A DNA stretch of 64,000 nucleotides from Candidatus Wirthbacteria bacterium. Lineage in GTDB: Bacteria > Patescibacteriota > CG2-30-54-11. The notes beneath the pieces were generated by a model. The model was not told the origin of the DNA and searched no databases. It saw only the letters and a program-made list of their open reading frames with translations. The DNA lies in NCBI GenBank assembly GCA_903889905.1, contig CAISZI010000042.1, positions 6,000 through 69,999 of the forward strand. The letters are read 5' to 3'. Positions 48,908 through 59,064 of the stretch are shown one piece after another. A program made the translations under genes and the position numbers. Each line of letters opens with the position of its first letter. The first letter of the stretch is position 1.

Positions 48908-51121
48908 TTAATTAACTTTGCTATAGCTAAACTTAATAACTCTAAAATATAACTCACGCGGATCCGATGGACTGGGAATCTTGGGTCCAGTGGTTGAGAA
49001 ATTGATAACCGTTCTACCGGGTGGGACGCTAATTATTTTTTCATAACCGATTTCTGCCTGCCCTACATTTAACACATCTTTGAAATGCCCATCGGTGATG
49101 ATAAAGCTGGTCGGAATGGTTGCACCAGTCGCAAAGGCCATGGATATTTTTAACTTAATTGCGGCATCCGCGAGATTATTGATTTGCAATTTTCCTGACT
49201 TCGCGCACCATCGCCAGTTAGAAACCTGATTACTCTCCAAAAACGGACAATTAGTATCCCAGTCCAGCAGCAACGGATGCAGGGAATTATCCACAATCGT
49301 CTGATATTCCTCAGCAGTTAAAGTTTGATGAAGGTGTTGAGCATAGGGTAGTAATGAATAATAGACCAATTCCTTGTTATCACTTACAAACGGCTGCACA
49401 TTTAGAACCGAACTGATCTGATCTTCAATGCTTTTTCCATTATCCTGATACCCGTGTCGGTTGATATAAATACCAGCAAACCCGACCGCTGTAACGTCCT
49501 GGATTAAATCCTGAACGGACTTCACGCTTTCGTTCTTTTGCCACAGGTCTCCAGTGCGCCCTCGCAAAGCTCCGTAACTCCAACGCAATGTTTGTGAATG
49601 CAGGTAGCCGCGAAACAATTCATAATCACCAAGAGTATTGACTGGCGGTGATTCAGGAAAAGGCATATATGGCAATTGAAAAATCATTGCCCCGGCGGGT
49701 ACGTTATTCTCAATCGCCTTGACAAAGGCTTCATCATTATTAAAAGTTGCCGCATTGGCTTCATAGGTAATGTTTTGCCAGGGAGGGATGATAATACCCG
49801 TTGTTTGATCTAGCAGGCCAACGCCCAAAACAATACCTGCCACAAGCCATTTCATAATCCTGCCCCGGCCTGAGAATATTTTTTGGGTGAAGATGAAATC
49901 CAGCAATAAGGCAATCCCTGCCAGGGCAATAAATGCAATAAAAATGCTTATCCGGTTATAAGCGCGGATCATGTCGGAAAAGTAGATCGCGAAAAGACTG
50001 CCAAATCCACCGATTGTTCCCAGCAGGACCGCAGCAACCATCAATACGGATAGCAGCTTCAGCAGCACCTGCCGATAGGATTGAGTATCCTGCCGATAAA
50101 ATGCATAAACAATCCAGCCAAGCAGAAAAAGAAATCCAATCGACCCAATAAGTCCAAGCGCGGCGTCATCGTTTTCGTTCACCAGTGGAAATTTTAGGTT
50201 GTAGTTACTCTTTAATTCCGCCAGCGCCGGGATCCGGTGGTTCGTAGTCGGGAGTAGCAGCTGAGCAATCTTCAGGCCAAATACTTCGGCATGTGCTGGC
50301 AATCTTTGGGCAATATCCAGGTTTTGACCATGTTGGTGCTGATAGATGATAGAAGGCAGCAAATTTAGACCTAAAACAAAACAAATAACCAGGATCATGC
50401 CGATTCCAGTTACAATTTGGCCAAGTCTATTCGTTCGTTTGCTTAATAATGTGATGCAACTGGCAATAGCCAGAAAAAAACAGCTAAAAAATGCATAATA
50501 AACCCCAGAACAGGCGGTCAGAAAACAAATCATGATGGCAAAAAGTGTCTTCATGGTCAAAGGCTGGATCAAGAATTTTTTGCCCGTGAATTTAAATGGG
50601 GTTAGTTCGCCCAGGCCAATCCAAAAGACCAAAAGCATGCTGAGCGGAATGATAAAATAGGACGCCAAAAAAAGATGTGCCTCGTTGCGCATGAAATGAT
50701 AGGGCAAGAAAGCAAAAAGCAACGCCACACATATTGATACCACAGTCGAAATTTTTAGCTGCCTGAACACACCAAAAGTAATGACAGCAGTCAATGGAAA
50801 AGTCAGCAAAAAATAGCCATTCTCGACAACGGCCCAGCTGTGACTGAAGAACGTCATCAATTTGATGATCAAATAAAACAGATTATCACTCGAAAGCCAA
50901 TCATATGTCTGCAACCCAAATGGCATCCCGACAAATCGGTTGTTAAAGATCCACGGGTTGTCCTTCAGGCCTTTGACCATCATACTTGTCCAGAGGGCAT
51001 CCCCTGAATTAACAAACGGGATCCCCAGGTTCACTTTCCACAAATGCATAATGACAGTAATCAAACATGACGCAGCGACAGTAACGACCACATACGGGGA
51101 AAACTTTTTGAGAAGTGCCAT
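48908..51121 (-). CDS. Large polytopic membrane protein, a probable GT-C-fold glycosyltransferase (ArnT/PMT/YfhO-like).
   Basis: 737 aa. It has more than 10 TM helices in the N-terminal two-thirds and a C-terminal soluble, presumably extracytoplasmic domain of about 230 aa. Confidence 0.5.
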   Translation of the reverse strand: MALLKKFSPYVVVTVAASCLITVIMHLWKVNLGIPFVNSGDALWTSMMVKGLKDNPWIFNNRFVGMPFGLQTYDWLSSDNLFYLIIKLMTFFSHSWAVVENGYFLLTFPLTAVITFGVFRQLKISTVVSICVALLFAFLPYHFMRNEAHLFLASYFIIPLSMLLVFWIGLGELTPFKFTGKKFLIQPLTMKTLFAIMICFLTACSGVYYAFFSCFFLAIASCITLLSKRTNRLGQIVTGIGMILVICFVLGLNLLPSIIYQHQHGQNLDIAQRLPAHAEVFGLKIAQLLLPTTNHRIPALAELKSNYNLKFPLVNENDDAALGLIGSIGFLFLLGWIVYAFYRQDTQSYRQVLLKLLSVLMVAAVLLGTIGGFGSLFAIYFSDMIRAYNRISIFIAFIALAGIALLLDFIFTQKIFSGRGRIMKWLVAGIVLGVGLLDQTTGIIIPPWQNITYEANAATFNNDEAFVKAIENNVPAGAMIFQLPYMPFPESPPVNTLGDYELFRGYLHSQTLRWSYGALRGRTGDLWQKNESVKSVQDLIQDVTAVGFAGIYINRHGYQDNGKSIEDQISSVLNVQPFVSDNKELVYYSLLPYAQHLHQTLTAEEYQTIVDNSLHPLLLDWDTNCPFLESNQVSNWRWCAKSGKLQINNLADAAIKLKISMAFATGATIPTSFIITDGHFKDVLNVGQAEIGYEKIISVPPGRTVINFSTTGPKIPSPSDPRELYFRVIKFSYSKVN

Positions 51122-51140
51122 TTATGACCTTTACAAAAGT

Positions 51141-53006
51141 TTAAAACTTCAATCCAGAAGCCGGACACGATACAGGCATAACTTGCAGTGAACCGAACTC
51201 AACCGCCTGATTGAATTCGATCTTAATTGTGTGATTCAACTGATTTAAATACTGCCCCAGATCGATGTCAATCCCAATGGATTTATTATCACTTTCGGCA
51301 TGCAGGCATTTTCCCAGAAGTCGCGTGCCTTCAGTGTATAAGTACACTTCTAAGACTTCAATTGTACGCGTCAAATCATTGGAAAACTTAACTGTAGAAG
51401 GAATGGGCTTACCCAGCCAGACAGATCCTGAATGCTGCCCGACATAATTATATTTGAATACATAACTATCATTCAGTGAAATTCCGGCCAGCAGACCATT
51501 CTTGTTTGTCAAATTTGCCTCAACAAGATTGAACTCATGTCCTGTTTCCTGATAGAAAAAATACTTGTTCGTCCATTTGTAAGTCATCATCCAGCTATAT
51601 GTGCTGTAATAAACATCAGGAATTTGTGTCAAAACCAAAATTTGATTTGAACTTAAATCATTTGGAATAAGATCGTGATGCAAGGCATCGCTCAAGAGCT
51701 GCTTGGGATATAAAAAATCCGAATTCAGTTTATCGACGACCATCCAATTGCTGAAAGTATTAACAAGCTGCACATACATAAGGATGACGGCAATACCCAC
51801 AACCAACCCGGTTCGAATGAATCGGGATTTGATCAAAACAAGGAAAACATTGATCAAGCAGGCTGAAAATAATAGCAGCCCAAAACTCTGAAAATAAACC
51901 GGGATATAACCATATCCCCAAAGAAGCTCGCTCTGGTATTTAACCGAGACAGACAAGATGGCAGCAGGCAGGATCCAAAACGATGCTCCGATTAGTAGCA
52001 GTAGTCGTTTGTTTTGCAACTTCCCCATTTTTAATGCAAAAAATATAAACGATAGTCCAGTTAGTACCGCTGCAAATTTTTCTCTGGCATTTACTGCCGA
52101 AACCGTCAGAATGGTTTTAATCAGGTTGGGATTGGTCGCCCATACATAACTCAATGGCAAGGTCGCACTAAGTTGTTTTAAAAAAGTAATCCAAACCTGA
52201 TCGTTCAAAACAAAACTTGTCCCGATATAGGAACTGGATTGACTTACATGCAAACGAAGTTGGTAATTAATCAATAAAACCACGCCGAAAGGGATCAAGT
52301 AACATAAAATCACAACCAATTTCCTTTTTTTATCCTTGATTAATCCCAAAATACAAAACACCACCAATAGAATAAATCCAAATGAAAGCTCATACATGAG
52401 CAAAGCACTAATATAAAAGAAGATACTCAGTAACAGGAAAAAAATACTTGTTTTTTTTACGTAAAAATATAAAAAAATCAGTGAGAGACAGATAAACAGA
52501 AATAGTACCTGCATCAAAGTGGCATATCCTAGAAGCGCATCGTGATAGATCCTAAATTGAAAAAAAATCGTGACCACCGCCATTAACAGAAAACTAAAAA
52601 ACTTATCGCGGCAAAGCTGGTAAACAAAATATCCAAACAAGGCAATATTCAAAAGTGTCAGCAACAGAATGACTGATTTATAGATAATAAAGTTTGATAA
52701 AAAATAGTAAACCGATTGCGTCAAGATAACAGTAATTGGGAAGAAGCGGCCACTCAACTGAATCCACATATCATTGTTTTGTTGAATTGATTGTCCCAGA
52801 TTAATGCCATTCAATTTAATTATCGTCCGCAACAATGAATTCGGAATGTCATCGGCATAGTAACCACTTTTTAACAGTGGGAAAATTGTCAGGACAACAA
52901 ATCCCATCAAAAAGAAAAAAATATAAAGATCTATTCGCTTCAACAAAATCTCTATTCTTTTCATTGTTGACAGCAATTTGCCTTCCTGTCGCGGAATCAA
53001 ATTCAC
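51141..53006 (-). CDS. Polytopic membrane protein, probable GT-C-fold glycosyltransferase.
   Basis: 621 aa with many TM helices. The first predicted loop carries SGYYADDIP, a DD motif as in ArnT/PMT-type GT-C enzymes. A C-terminal soluble domain follows. Confidence 0.55.
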   Translation of the reverse strand: MNLIPRQEGKLLSTMKRIEILLKRIDLYIFFFLMGFVVLTIFPLLKSGYYADDIPNSLLRTIIKLNGINLGQSIQQNNDMWIQLSGRFFPITVILTQSVYYFLSNFIIYKSVILLLTLLNIALFGYFVYQLCRDKFFSFLLMAVVTIFFQFRIYHDALLGYATLMQVLFLFICLSLIFLYFYVKKTSIFFLLLSIFFYISALLMYELSFGFILLVVFCILGLIKDKKRKLVVILCYLIPFGVVLLINYQLRLHVSQSSSYIGTSFVLNDQVWITFLKQLSATLPLSYVWATNPNLIKTILTVSAVNAREKFAAVLTGLSFIFFALKMGKLQNKRLLLLIGASFWILPAAILSVSVKYQSELLWGYGYIPVYFQSFGLLLFSACLINVFLVLIKSRFIRTGLVVGIAVILMYVQLVNTFSNWMVVDKLNSDFLYPKQLLSDALHHDLIPNDLSSNQILVLTQIPDVYYSTYSWMMTYKWTNKYFFYQETGHEFNLVEANLTNKNGLLAGISLNDSYVFKYNYVGQHSGSVWLGKPIPSTVKFSNDLTRTIEVLEVYLYTEGTRLLGKCLHAESDNKSIGIDIDLGQYLNQLNHTIKIEFNQAVEFGSLQVMPVSCPASGLKF

Positions 53007-53220
53007 GCTTCTCCTTAATTTTGGTATGACAAAATCGTTCGCTCTGCCTGATGACGTATAATTTCGAGCGTCAATGATTCTACATTAACGTAGCTTGAAT
53101 CACACAAAGGGATATAGTTGCCCGCTGGCTGATGCGACCAATTGGAATAACTGCAGATAGGACAAAAACAAATAGAACTGAAAAAAAATCAAGTGTCAGC
53201 AAATGATAGAACTTATTCAT

Positions 53221-55569
53221 TTATTTACACACTTTGGTGATATAATTCCCAAATTTATTACTCAAGGTGCTCCATCCATATTCTTTCAGCCACACAAACG
53301 AATTTCCCTCTGGACTTATTTTTGCGTTGATTAATGATTGCTCGATGCATTGCAAAAAGTTAGCCCGATCAGCCAGTTTCAGATTATCATTAAGCAGATT
53401 GTTGCCACGTGCCCCAAATTCAGTGCTAACCACCTGCATCCCGCGGGCAAGGTATTCAATCAGTTTAAGGTTTGTGCCAGCACCACTGAAAATCGGGTTT
53501 AGTCCAATATCACAACACCCCATCAGTTCATTTTTGACTTCTTCCGGTAGTGCCCCAAAACACTTCATGTTGGGCGGCAGGCAGCTAAAATCCTTGCATT
53601 CCTGTTTGTAAAAATCAGAGACAGAGCCAATAATAAAGTAAAGGTATTCCGGTGACTCTTTGGCCAGGTCCAAAATAAATTCAAAAGCTTCCAGATTGGG
53701 TTGATGCCAGCTACCTAAAAATACCAATACCGGTGTTTCCGCAGAAATGCCAATCTTGCGCTTGTTGAGTTTACGTTTTTCAGCATTAATCCAGGTAATT
53801 TTATCTGTATCCACACCATTGGGAATGATCTCGGTTTTGTGTTTGTCAATCCCATACAGCTCAATCATTTTCTGCTGTTCCTCATCAGAGCAGACGACAA
53901 CTCCGATACTCTGCTGCGCAACTTCAGATTCGACTTGCCTGAGTTCTTCCAAAAGTATTTTCCCCTTTTTGGAATTGGGAATAAAGCTCTGCTTTAGTTC
54001 GTATTCGATGTTGTGTGCTTCATAAATAAATGGCGTCTTTGCGTTATAAACCGGGTACAGATACGGATGCGAGAAAATGACAAGGTCACTTTGCTGCGCC
54101 AACGTATCCAAGGTTTCCACATAGCGGGTTGTCAGTTTGGCGTAACGAATCATGGCCACGTCATATAAATGGGCTTTAACATCTTTTTCCAGCATCCACT
54201 GCATTTCAGCATGTTCCTTCGATTGTGGGATGCTGATTTCCCTGAGGCCATTGTCGAGCAGGCGTTCCTCATAAACACAATCTACACCACTTAAAACCAG
54301 CAATGTCACATCAAAACTCTGCGCCAGACGTTTGTAAATGTTAAACAGCCTGACTTGCCCTCCACCCATGGGTGGGTAAGCTTTGTAAGTGGAGCAGACG
54401 AGAATTTTCTTTTTGAGCTGCAACTCGGGGAGAACCTGGCGGGAAAAATTTTCCCAATTAATATCTTTGACACTCTCCCTCCCCAATTGTCCCATTTTCA
54501 AAGCTTCTTCCAGATGTTGCGCCACATAACTGATCTTTTTGGCTAACCCATCGACGTCATTTTCCTTGACCACAAAACCTGTTTCCCCATTGCTGACAAA
54601 CTCAACCGGGCCACCGCTGTCGCGCATGGTCAGCACCGGTTTGCCGCTTTGCATGGCTTCAATTGTGACAAGACCGTAGTCTTCGTCCAACGGGTTAAAA
54701 ATGACCGCAATGGCATTGGCATATAAATCTTTGAGCTTGCTATCGTCAACAAAACCAATAAATTGGACGCGAGCATCTCCCTGGGCGAGTATTTTCAATT
54801 CCCGTTCCGCAGGTCCAGTGCCGGCAATCAGCAGTGGCAGCGTCGATGACGACTTCATGAAAGCCCGGATCGTGAGGTCGATGCGTTTGGCATAATCCAA
54901 CCGGCTAATGGCCAAAAAATAAGACTGCTGCCCGCAGAAATAACCTGATCCGGAAGTGGGTGGATAAGCCACTGCGACGTTGACTGCAGGCGGGAAATAG
55001 GCCGAACGCTGTCTCACCGTAGCGGACATGGTGGTAAACTTTTGGGCTGACTGCAGACCACAGCGATCCAGATAATGCACAATTTCACGGATAAAAGGCC
55101 CCGGGAAAATCGCCAGCCCGGCACCGTCAATAACAGCTTTGTGTTGATACAGCAATGTAAAAACTTGCTGACAAAGCTGTCGATTAAAATTTTCCGCACG
55201 CAAAATAGCCATCAACGGTTGTAGTTGCGGCGGGAAATGCGGCAATAAATCCGGCAAATGAAAACAATGATAGGTGTCATATAGTCCACGCAGCGTGTGG
55301 ATCATGTAATTGCGGTGGTTCGGGTGGTCGATCATCCAGGATGGATATTTGGTCGAAATGACAAGATCAAACCGCGACACATCCAAAGTAAAAAAACGCT
55401 GATAAGTTTCAATCAGATCCCAAAAACTAAGCTCCAGGCTATCGAGCCGCACCAATTCAGCCTTGTCCATGGACTTGGTATTGATGAACTGCGTCCAGCT
55501 CTCTAGCAGGTTTTCTGTACCTCCCTGGACATGGGGAACCGGTTTGGGGCCAATAATACCAATTTTCAT
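53221..55569 (-). CDS. Tandem double-GT4 (GT-B fold) glycosyltransferase.
   Basis: 782 aa containing two complete GT4-like modules. Each has an E-x7-E-like C-terminal motif region (FNPLDEDYGLVTIEAMQSGKPV and LNPIFSGAGTNLKLIEYLARGMQV). Confidence 0.8.
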   Translation of the reverse strand: MKIGIIGPKPVPHVQGGTENLLESWTQFINTKSMDKAELVRLDSLELSFWDLIETYQRFFTLDVSRFDLVISTKYPSWMIDHPNHRNYMIHTLRGLYDTYHCFHLPDLLPHFPPQLQPLMAILRAENFNRQLCQQVFTLLYQHKAVIDGAGLAIFPGPFIREIVHYLDRCGLQSAQKFTTMSATVRQRSAYFPPAVNVAVAYPPTSGSGYFCGQQSYFLAISRLDYAKRIDLTIRAFMKSSSTLPLLIAGTGPAERELKILAQGDARVQFIGFVDDSKLKDLYANAIAVIFNPLDEDYGLVTIEAMQSGKPVLTMRDSGGPVEFVSNGETGFVVKENDVDGLAKKISYVAQHLEEALKMGQLGRESVKDINWENFSRQVLPELQLKKKILVCSTYKAYPPMGGGQVRLFNIYKRLAQSFDVTLLVLSGVDCVYEERLLDNGLREISIPQSKEHAEMQWMLEKDVKAHLYDVAMIRYAKLTTRYVETLDTLAQQSDLVIFSHPYLYPVYNAKTPFIYEAHNIEYELKQSFIPNSKKGKILLEELRQVESEVAQQSIGVVVCSDEEQQKMIELYGIDKHKTEIIPNGVDTDKITWINAEKRKLNKRKIGISAETPVLVFLGSWHQPNLEAFEFILDLAKESPEYLYFIIGSVSDFYKQECKDFSCLPPNMKCFGALPEEVKNELMGCCDIGLNPIFSGAGTNLKLIEYLARGMQVVSTEFGARGNNLLNDNLKLADRANFLQCIEQSLINAKISPEGNSFVWLKEYGWSTLSNKFGNYITKVCK

Positions 55570-56622
55570 TTAACCTGCTTTGCCCGTTAATTGGTCAATG
55601 GCGTGATCCCAACTGATGGCTCCTACCTGACGGCTACCGTAAACACCCATTGATTTTAATTTGGCGACAGGCATTGACATAACTTGTGTCAGGATCTTGG
55701 CCAGAGCGCCTTCAGACGAGGCGATAAATCCATTTTCGCCATCTGTCACAAACTCCAGAACTCCACCCGCATCATGCATGGTGATCACAGGTTTGGATGA
55801 ATGCAAAGCTTCCAGTGTCACATACCCATAATCTTCATCATTGGGTGCAAAAATTACTGCCCGACAGGTTGCATAATAATTCACCAGCGCTTCATCCGTG
55901 ACAAAGCCAACAAAGGTAACTTTGTGGTTAATGCCAAGTTCGGCAGCCAGTCGCTGCAATGGTTCGGACTGCGGACCAGTTCCGGCGATCACCAGTGGCA
56001 AAGACTGCACCGAATGGGCGTACGCACGCAAAACCAAATCCAGTCTTTTGTTGACTTCAAGGCGGCTCACGGTAAACAGAAAATCGTCCATAGCCTTGAA
56101 ATGTAACTGTGGCCAGAGTCGGGAAGGCGTATAAATGGGTATACTGGGGATATGATTGTATTTCTGCAACCTGTCGCTGACCGTCTGCGAAATCGTGAAA
56201 ACAACACTGGATTCGGCGATAGCTTCATTGTCCAGAGCCATGATCTGGTCGCGAATTTCCCGATCCGCCTCGTTATTTTTATCCAACGAGCTCGTATCCT
56301 TGTCCCACAAATCATAAACATCGCGATGTTGATGAAAAAGCCAGGTGACTTTGTTGGGATGTTTGATGCAATAGGACGGGAACTTGGTGGCAATAACCAT
56401 GTCAATGGACTGATACTGATACCGGGTCATATCCAGCAGTCGCCAGATCAGGCTCGAGCGCAGTAATTCCGAAGGCGGGTCCCAGAGAAAAGGAATCGAC
56501 ACGCTCTCCACGTTGTAATTGCGAAGGCGCAGGTGCTTGATCGTTTCCTCGACCAGAATTTCAGCCCCGCCGCGCACAAACGGGTACTGTACATTACAAA
56601 CCAGAATATTGCGCATGCTCAA
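55570..56622 (-). CDS. GT4-family glycosyltransferase.
   Basis: 350 aa with RGGAEI at the N-terminus and FAPNDEDYGYVTLEALHSSKPV. Confidence 0.85.
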   Translation of the reverse strand: MSMRNILVCNVQYPFVRGGAEILVEETIKHLRLRNYNVESVSIPFLWDPPSELLRSSLIWRLLDMTRYQYQSIDMVIATKFPSYCIKHPNKVTWLFHQHRDVYDLWDKDTSSLDKNNEADREIRDQIMALDNEAIAESSVVFTISQTVSDRLQKYNHIPSIPIYTPSRLWPQLHFKAMDDFLFTVSRLEVNKRLDLVLRAYAHSVQSLPLVIAGTGPQSEPLQRLAAELGINHKVTFVGFVTDEALVNYYATCRAVIFAPNDEDYGYVTLEALHSSKPVITMHDAGGVLEFVTDGENGFIASSEGALAKILTQVMSMPVAKLKSMGVYGSRQVGAISWDHAIDQLTGKAG

Positions 56623-57774
56623 TTACTTTCTCGCAATGATAGCGTAATCCTGATAGCCAAAAATGATATTATTCATTTTATCGACATTCTGATTATAAAT
56701 TTGATTGTCTGGATTATCCCCTGGTATGTATTTGAGCATAAATTCAGTCGGGGTCAGCGATAGATATTTAATTTCAATATCCCGGAAACCAAATGTTTCT
56801 AAGATAAAACTGAGTGTTTTGGGATGAACAGGCTTTTGGTGAGAAAGGTCAAGATAAAACGAATTGACAAACACATTCAGGCTTTGGGGATTGGGTGTCT
56901 CAAAAATTAAATAGTGACCGGTTTTAAGTTTCTGGTAAGCGAGCTGGATCAGATCCAAGAGATATTTATTGTGTAAATGTTCAACCACCTGCAAGGCAAT
57001 GACTCCATCCAGTGAATTGTCTTCCTGAGCCATGAGATAAGTATTGGCATCAACCATTTCGACGTCAAGGTTTCCCTGTTTGCAGTATTGAAACATATCT
57101 GGATCAATTTCTATCCCTTTGGCGCCAATTTTACTGGCATAAAACAGTTTTAACAGCTCACCACGTCCACAACCAATATCGAGCACTTTTTTGCATTTTA
57201 GGAAATAGGGCAGATATCTTTTTTGTTCTTCGAAGAGCACCGACTCCGGGCCTCGGAATTTATCTTCGAATTGCAAATAATTGAATGAAACATTATCGCG
57301 CGCAATCATTTCTTCCACACGTGGACCAATCCGTTCGGAAAATTCCTTGGCCTGAGCAAAGATCGGGTCTTTTTCCTTAATCATGGTCTGAAGATTATCT
57401 ATTTTGGCATTCAGTCCAAAAAAAATCGATTGCGCTTTTTTGTCAAATATTTCCTGGGCAGAAACAATGCCGCCAAGGAAAATTTTCATGGCAAAAAAAA
57501 GCTTATTGAGGGCAGAATTCGCGATCTTTTTGCCAATTCCCTGACGATGTGATGGCGGTAAATTATATTTGGTACTAAGTTCAGCATAATGTTTGAGCGC
57601 GGCAATCTCAGTGATCATTTCACTGGCGTTTAAGATTGCGCCAGTATAGCCAGGTCCGGATTTTTTGGATTTTCTGACACTCTCTAATTTATTCAGGATC
57701 TCTTCAACCGTTATATCCACGATAGATTTCATGCCAAAAGCTCTGACGCTAATATTTAAAGCCAATTTTTGCAC
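56623..57774 (-). CDS. Class I SAM-dependent methyltransferase, a candidate glycan chain-terminating methyltransferase.
   Basis: 383 aa. The SAM motif I VLDIGCGRGELL is in the C-terminal half, and the N-terminal half is predicted helical. Confidence 0.8.
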   Translation of the reverse strand: MQKLALNISVRAFGMKSIVDITVEEILNKLESVRKSKKSGPGYTGAILNASEMITEIAALKHYAELSTKYNLPPSHRQGIGKKIANSALNKLFFAMKIFLGGIVSAQEIFDKKAQSIFFGLNAKIDNLQTMIKEKDPIFAQAKEFSERIGPRVEEMIARDNVSFNYLQFEDKFRGPESVLFEEQKRYLPYFLKCKKVLDIGCGRGELLKLFYASKIGAKGIEIDPDMFQYCKQGNLDVEMVDANTYLMAQEDNSLDGVIALQVVEHLHNKYLLDLIQLAYQKLKTGHYLIFETPNPQSLNVFVNSFYLDLSHQKPVHPKTLSFILETFGFRDIEIKYLSLTPTEFMLKYIPGDNPDNQIYNQNVDKMNNIIFGYQDYAIIARK

Positions 57775-57831
57775 TGGTTAACATTAACAAATCCAGGGTC
57801 TAAAGGAAAGTTTCAACGCTCGATACGAAAA

Positions 57832-59061
57832 TTATGATGGATTGATCTGCCAATGTGAAGGGAATCTAACCAGCCCGACATCACTGGTATTGTTCATGAC
57901 ACGAAAATGGTATTTTTTGTCATGCCAGTCATACGGCTCCCCAGTACGCGAATGAATAGCAACAGTAACCGCAATGTCGCCTTGTAAAATCATATTTGCT
58001 TCAATTTCAAAACGGACAACTTTATTGCCTTCGATGCAGCGAATTGTTTCATTTCGGAGTTCAGTGTTTGTGCCAAAACACTCAACATGATTGTTGTCAA
58101 AAAAAACAATGCCAATCACCGGGTCTGATATTTTTTTTCTGGTTTGAATTGATATTTCAACGGTCATCGCGTCACCACTTATGAACGTATCGTTTTCGGT
58201 GTCCGTTTTATCCAAAAATCTGACTTGTGTAATTTCGGCTTGTTTGGTAACTGATTGTATTTTAACGTTGTCAGTCTTGGTTGGGATTTCATTTTTGTTT
58301 TGATGTACCGGTGCTGATGCTTCGTTTAGACCCTGCCGATCCTCATACACATACTTGTCCAAAACCTCTTCTGTCTTGCCCAATGCCATTTCATGACCTT
58401 GCTTGAGATACAGGCAGCGATCACAGAAACGACGCACACTGGTAAGATCGTGACTAACAAAAATCAGGGTTTTTCCCTGTTTTTTGAATTCCCTAAAAAC
58501 TTCAAAGCATTTTTGCTGGAACGCCATGTCTCCCACTGCCAAAACTTCGTCCATTAAATAAATTTCTGCCTTGGCTTTGATGGCCACAGAAAATGCCAAA
58601 CGCACCTGCATACCAGACGAAAAATTTTTGAGCTTCTGGTCAACGAATTTTTCCAGCTCGGCAAAAGCGATGATATCGTCAAACTGTGCATCGATTTCCT
58701 TTTTGGAAAGTCCAAGCACAGTACCGTTCAGATAAATATTGTCGCGTGCGCTCAGTTCGGCATTAAAACCAACACCCAGTTCCAGAAACGGGGAAATTTT
58801 GCCATGGGTGACGACTTTGCCGCTGTCCACCGGATAAATACCAGCCAGGACCTTGAGCAACGTGGATTTACCACTGCCGTTGCGCCCAATGATGCCAAAA
58901 AACTCGCCTTTGTCGACGGTGAAACTGACATCATCCAGTGCCTTGAATACATCTTTTGGATGCGATTTGAAACCCGTGGCGATCCACTCTCGCAGTGTAT
59001 CCCGACGCTCGTGCGGGATGACAAACCCTTTGGTAATATTTTTAACGTCAATGGCTTTCAT
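57832..59061 (-). CDS. wzt: O-antigen/teichoic-acid-type ABC exporter ATP-binding protein Wzt, with a C-terminal glycan-binding domain.
   Basis: 409 aa. It has Walker A GRNGSGKST, the signature FSSGMQVRLAF, Walker B IYLMDEVLAVGD, and a ~150-aa C-terminal beta-rich extension. Confidence 0.9.
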   Translation of the reverse strand: MKAIDVKNITKGFVIPHERRDTLREWIATGFKSHPKDVFKALDDVSFTVDKGEFFGIIGRNGSGKSTLLKVLAGIYPVDSGKVVTHGKISPFLELGVGFNAELSARDNIYLNGTVLGLSKKEIDAQFDDIIAFAELEKFVDQKLKNFSSGMQVRLAFSVAIKAKAEIYLMDEVLAVGDMAFQQKCFEVFREFKKQGKTLIFVSHDLTSVRRFCDRCLYLKQGHEMALGKTEEVLDKYVYEDRQGLNEASAPVHQNKNEIPTKTDNVKIQSVTKQAEITQVRFLDKTDTENDTFISGDAMTVEISIQTRKKISDPVIGIVFFDNNHVECFGTNTELRNETIRCIEGNKVVRFEIEANMILQGDIAVTVAIHSRTGEPYDWHDKKYHFRVMNNTSDVGLVRFPSHWQINPS

Positions 59062-59064
59062 GGT

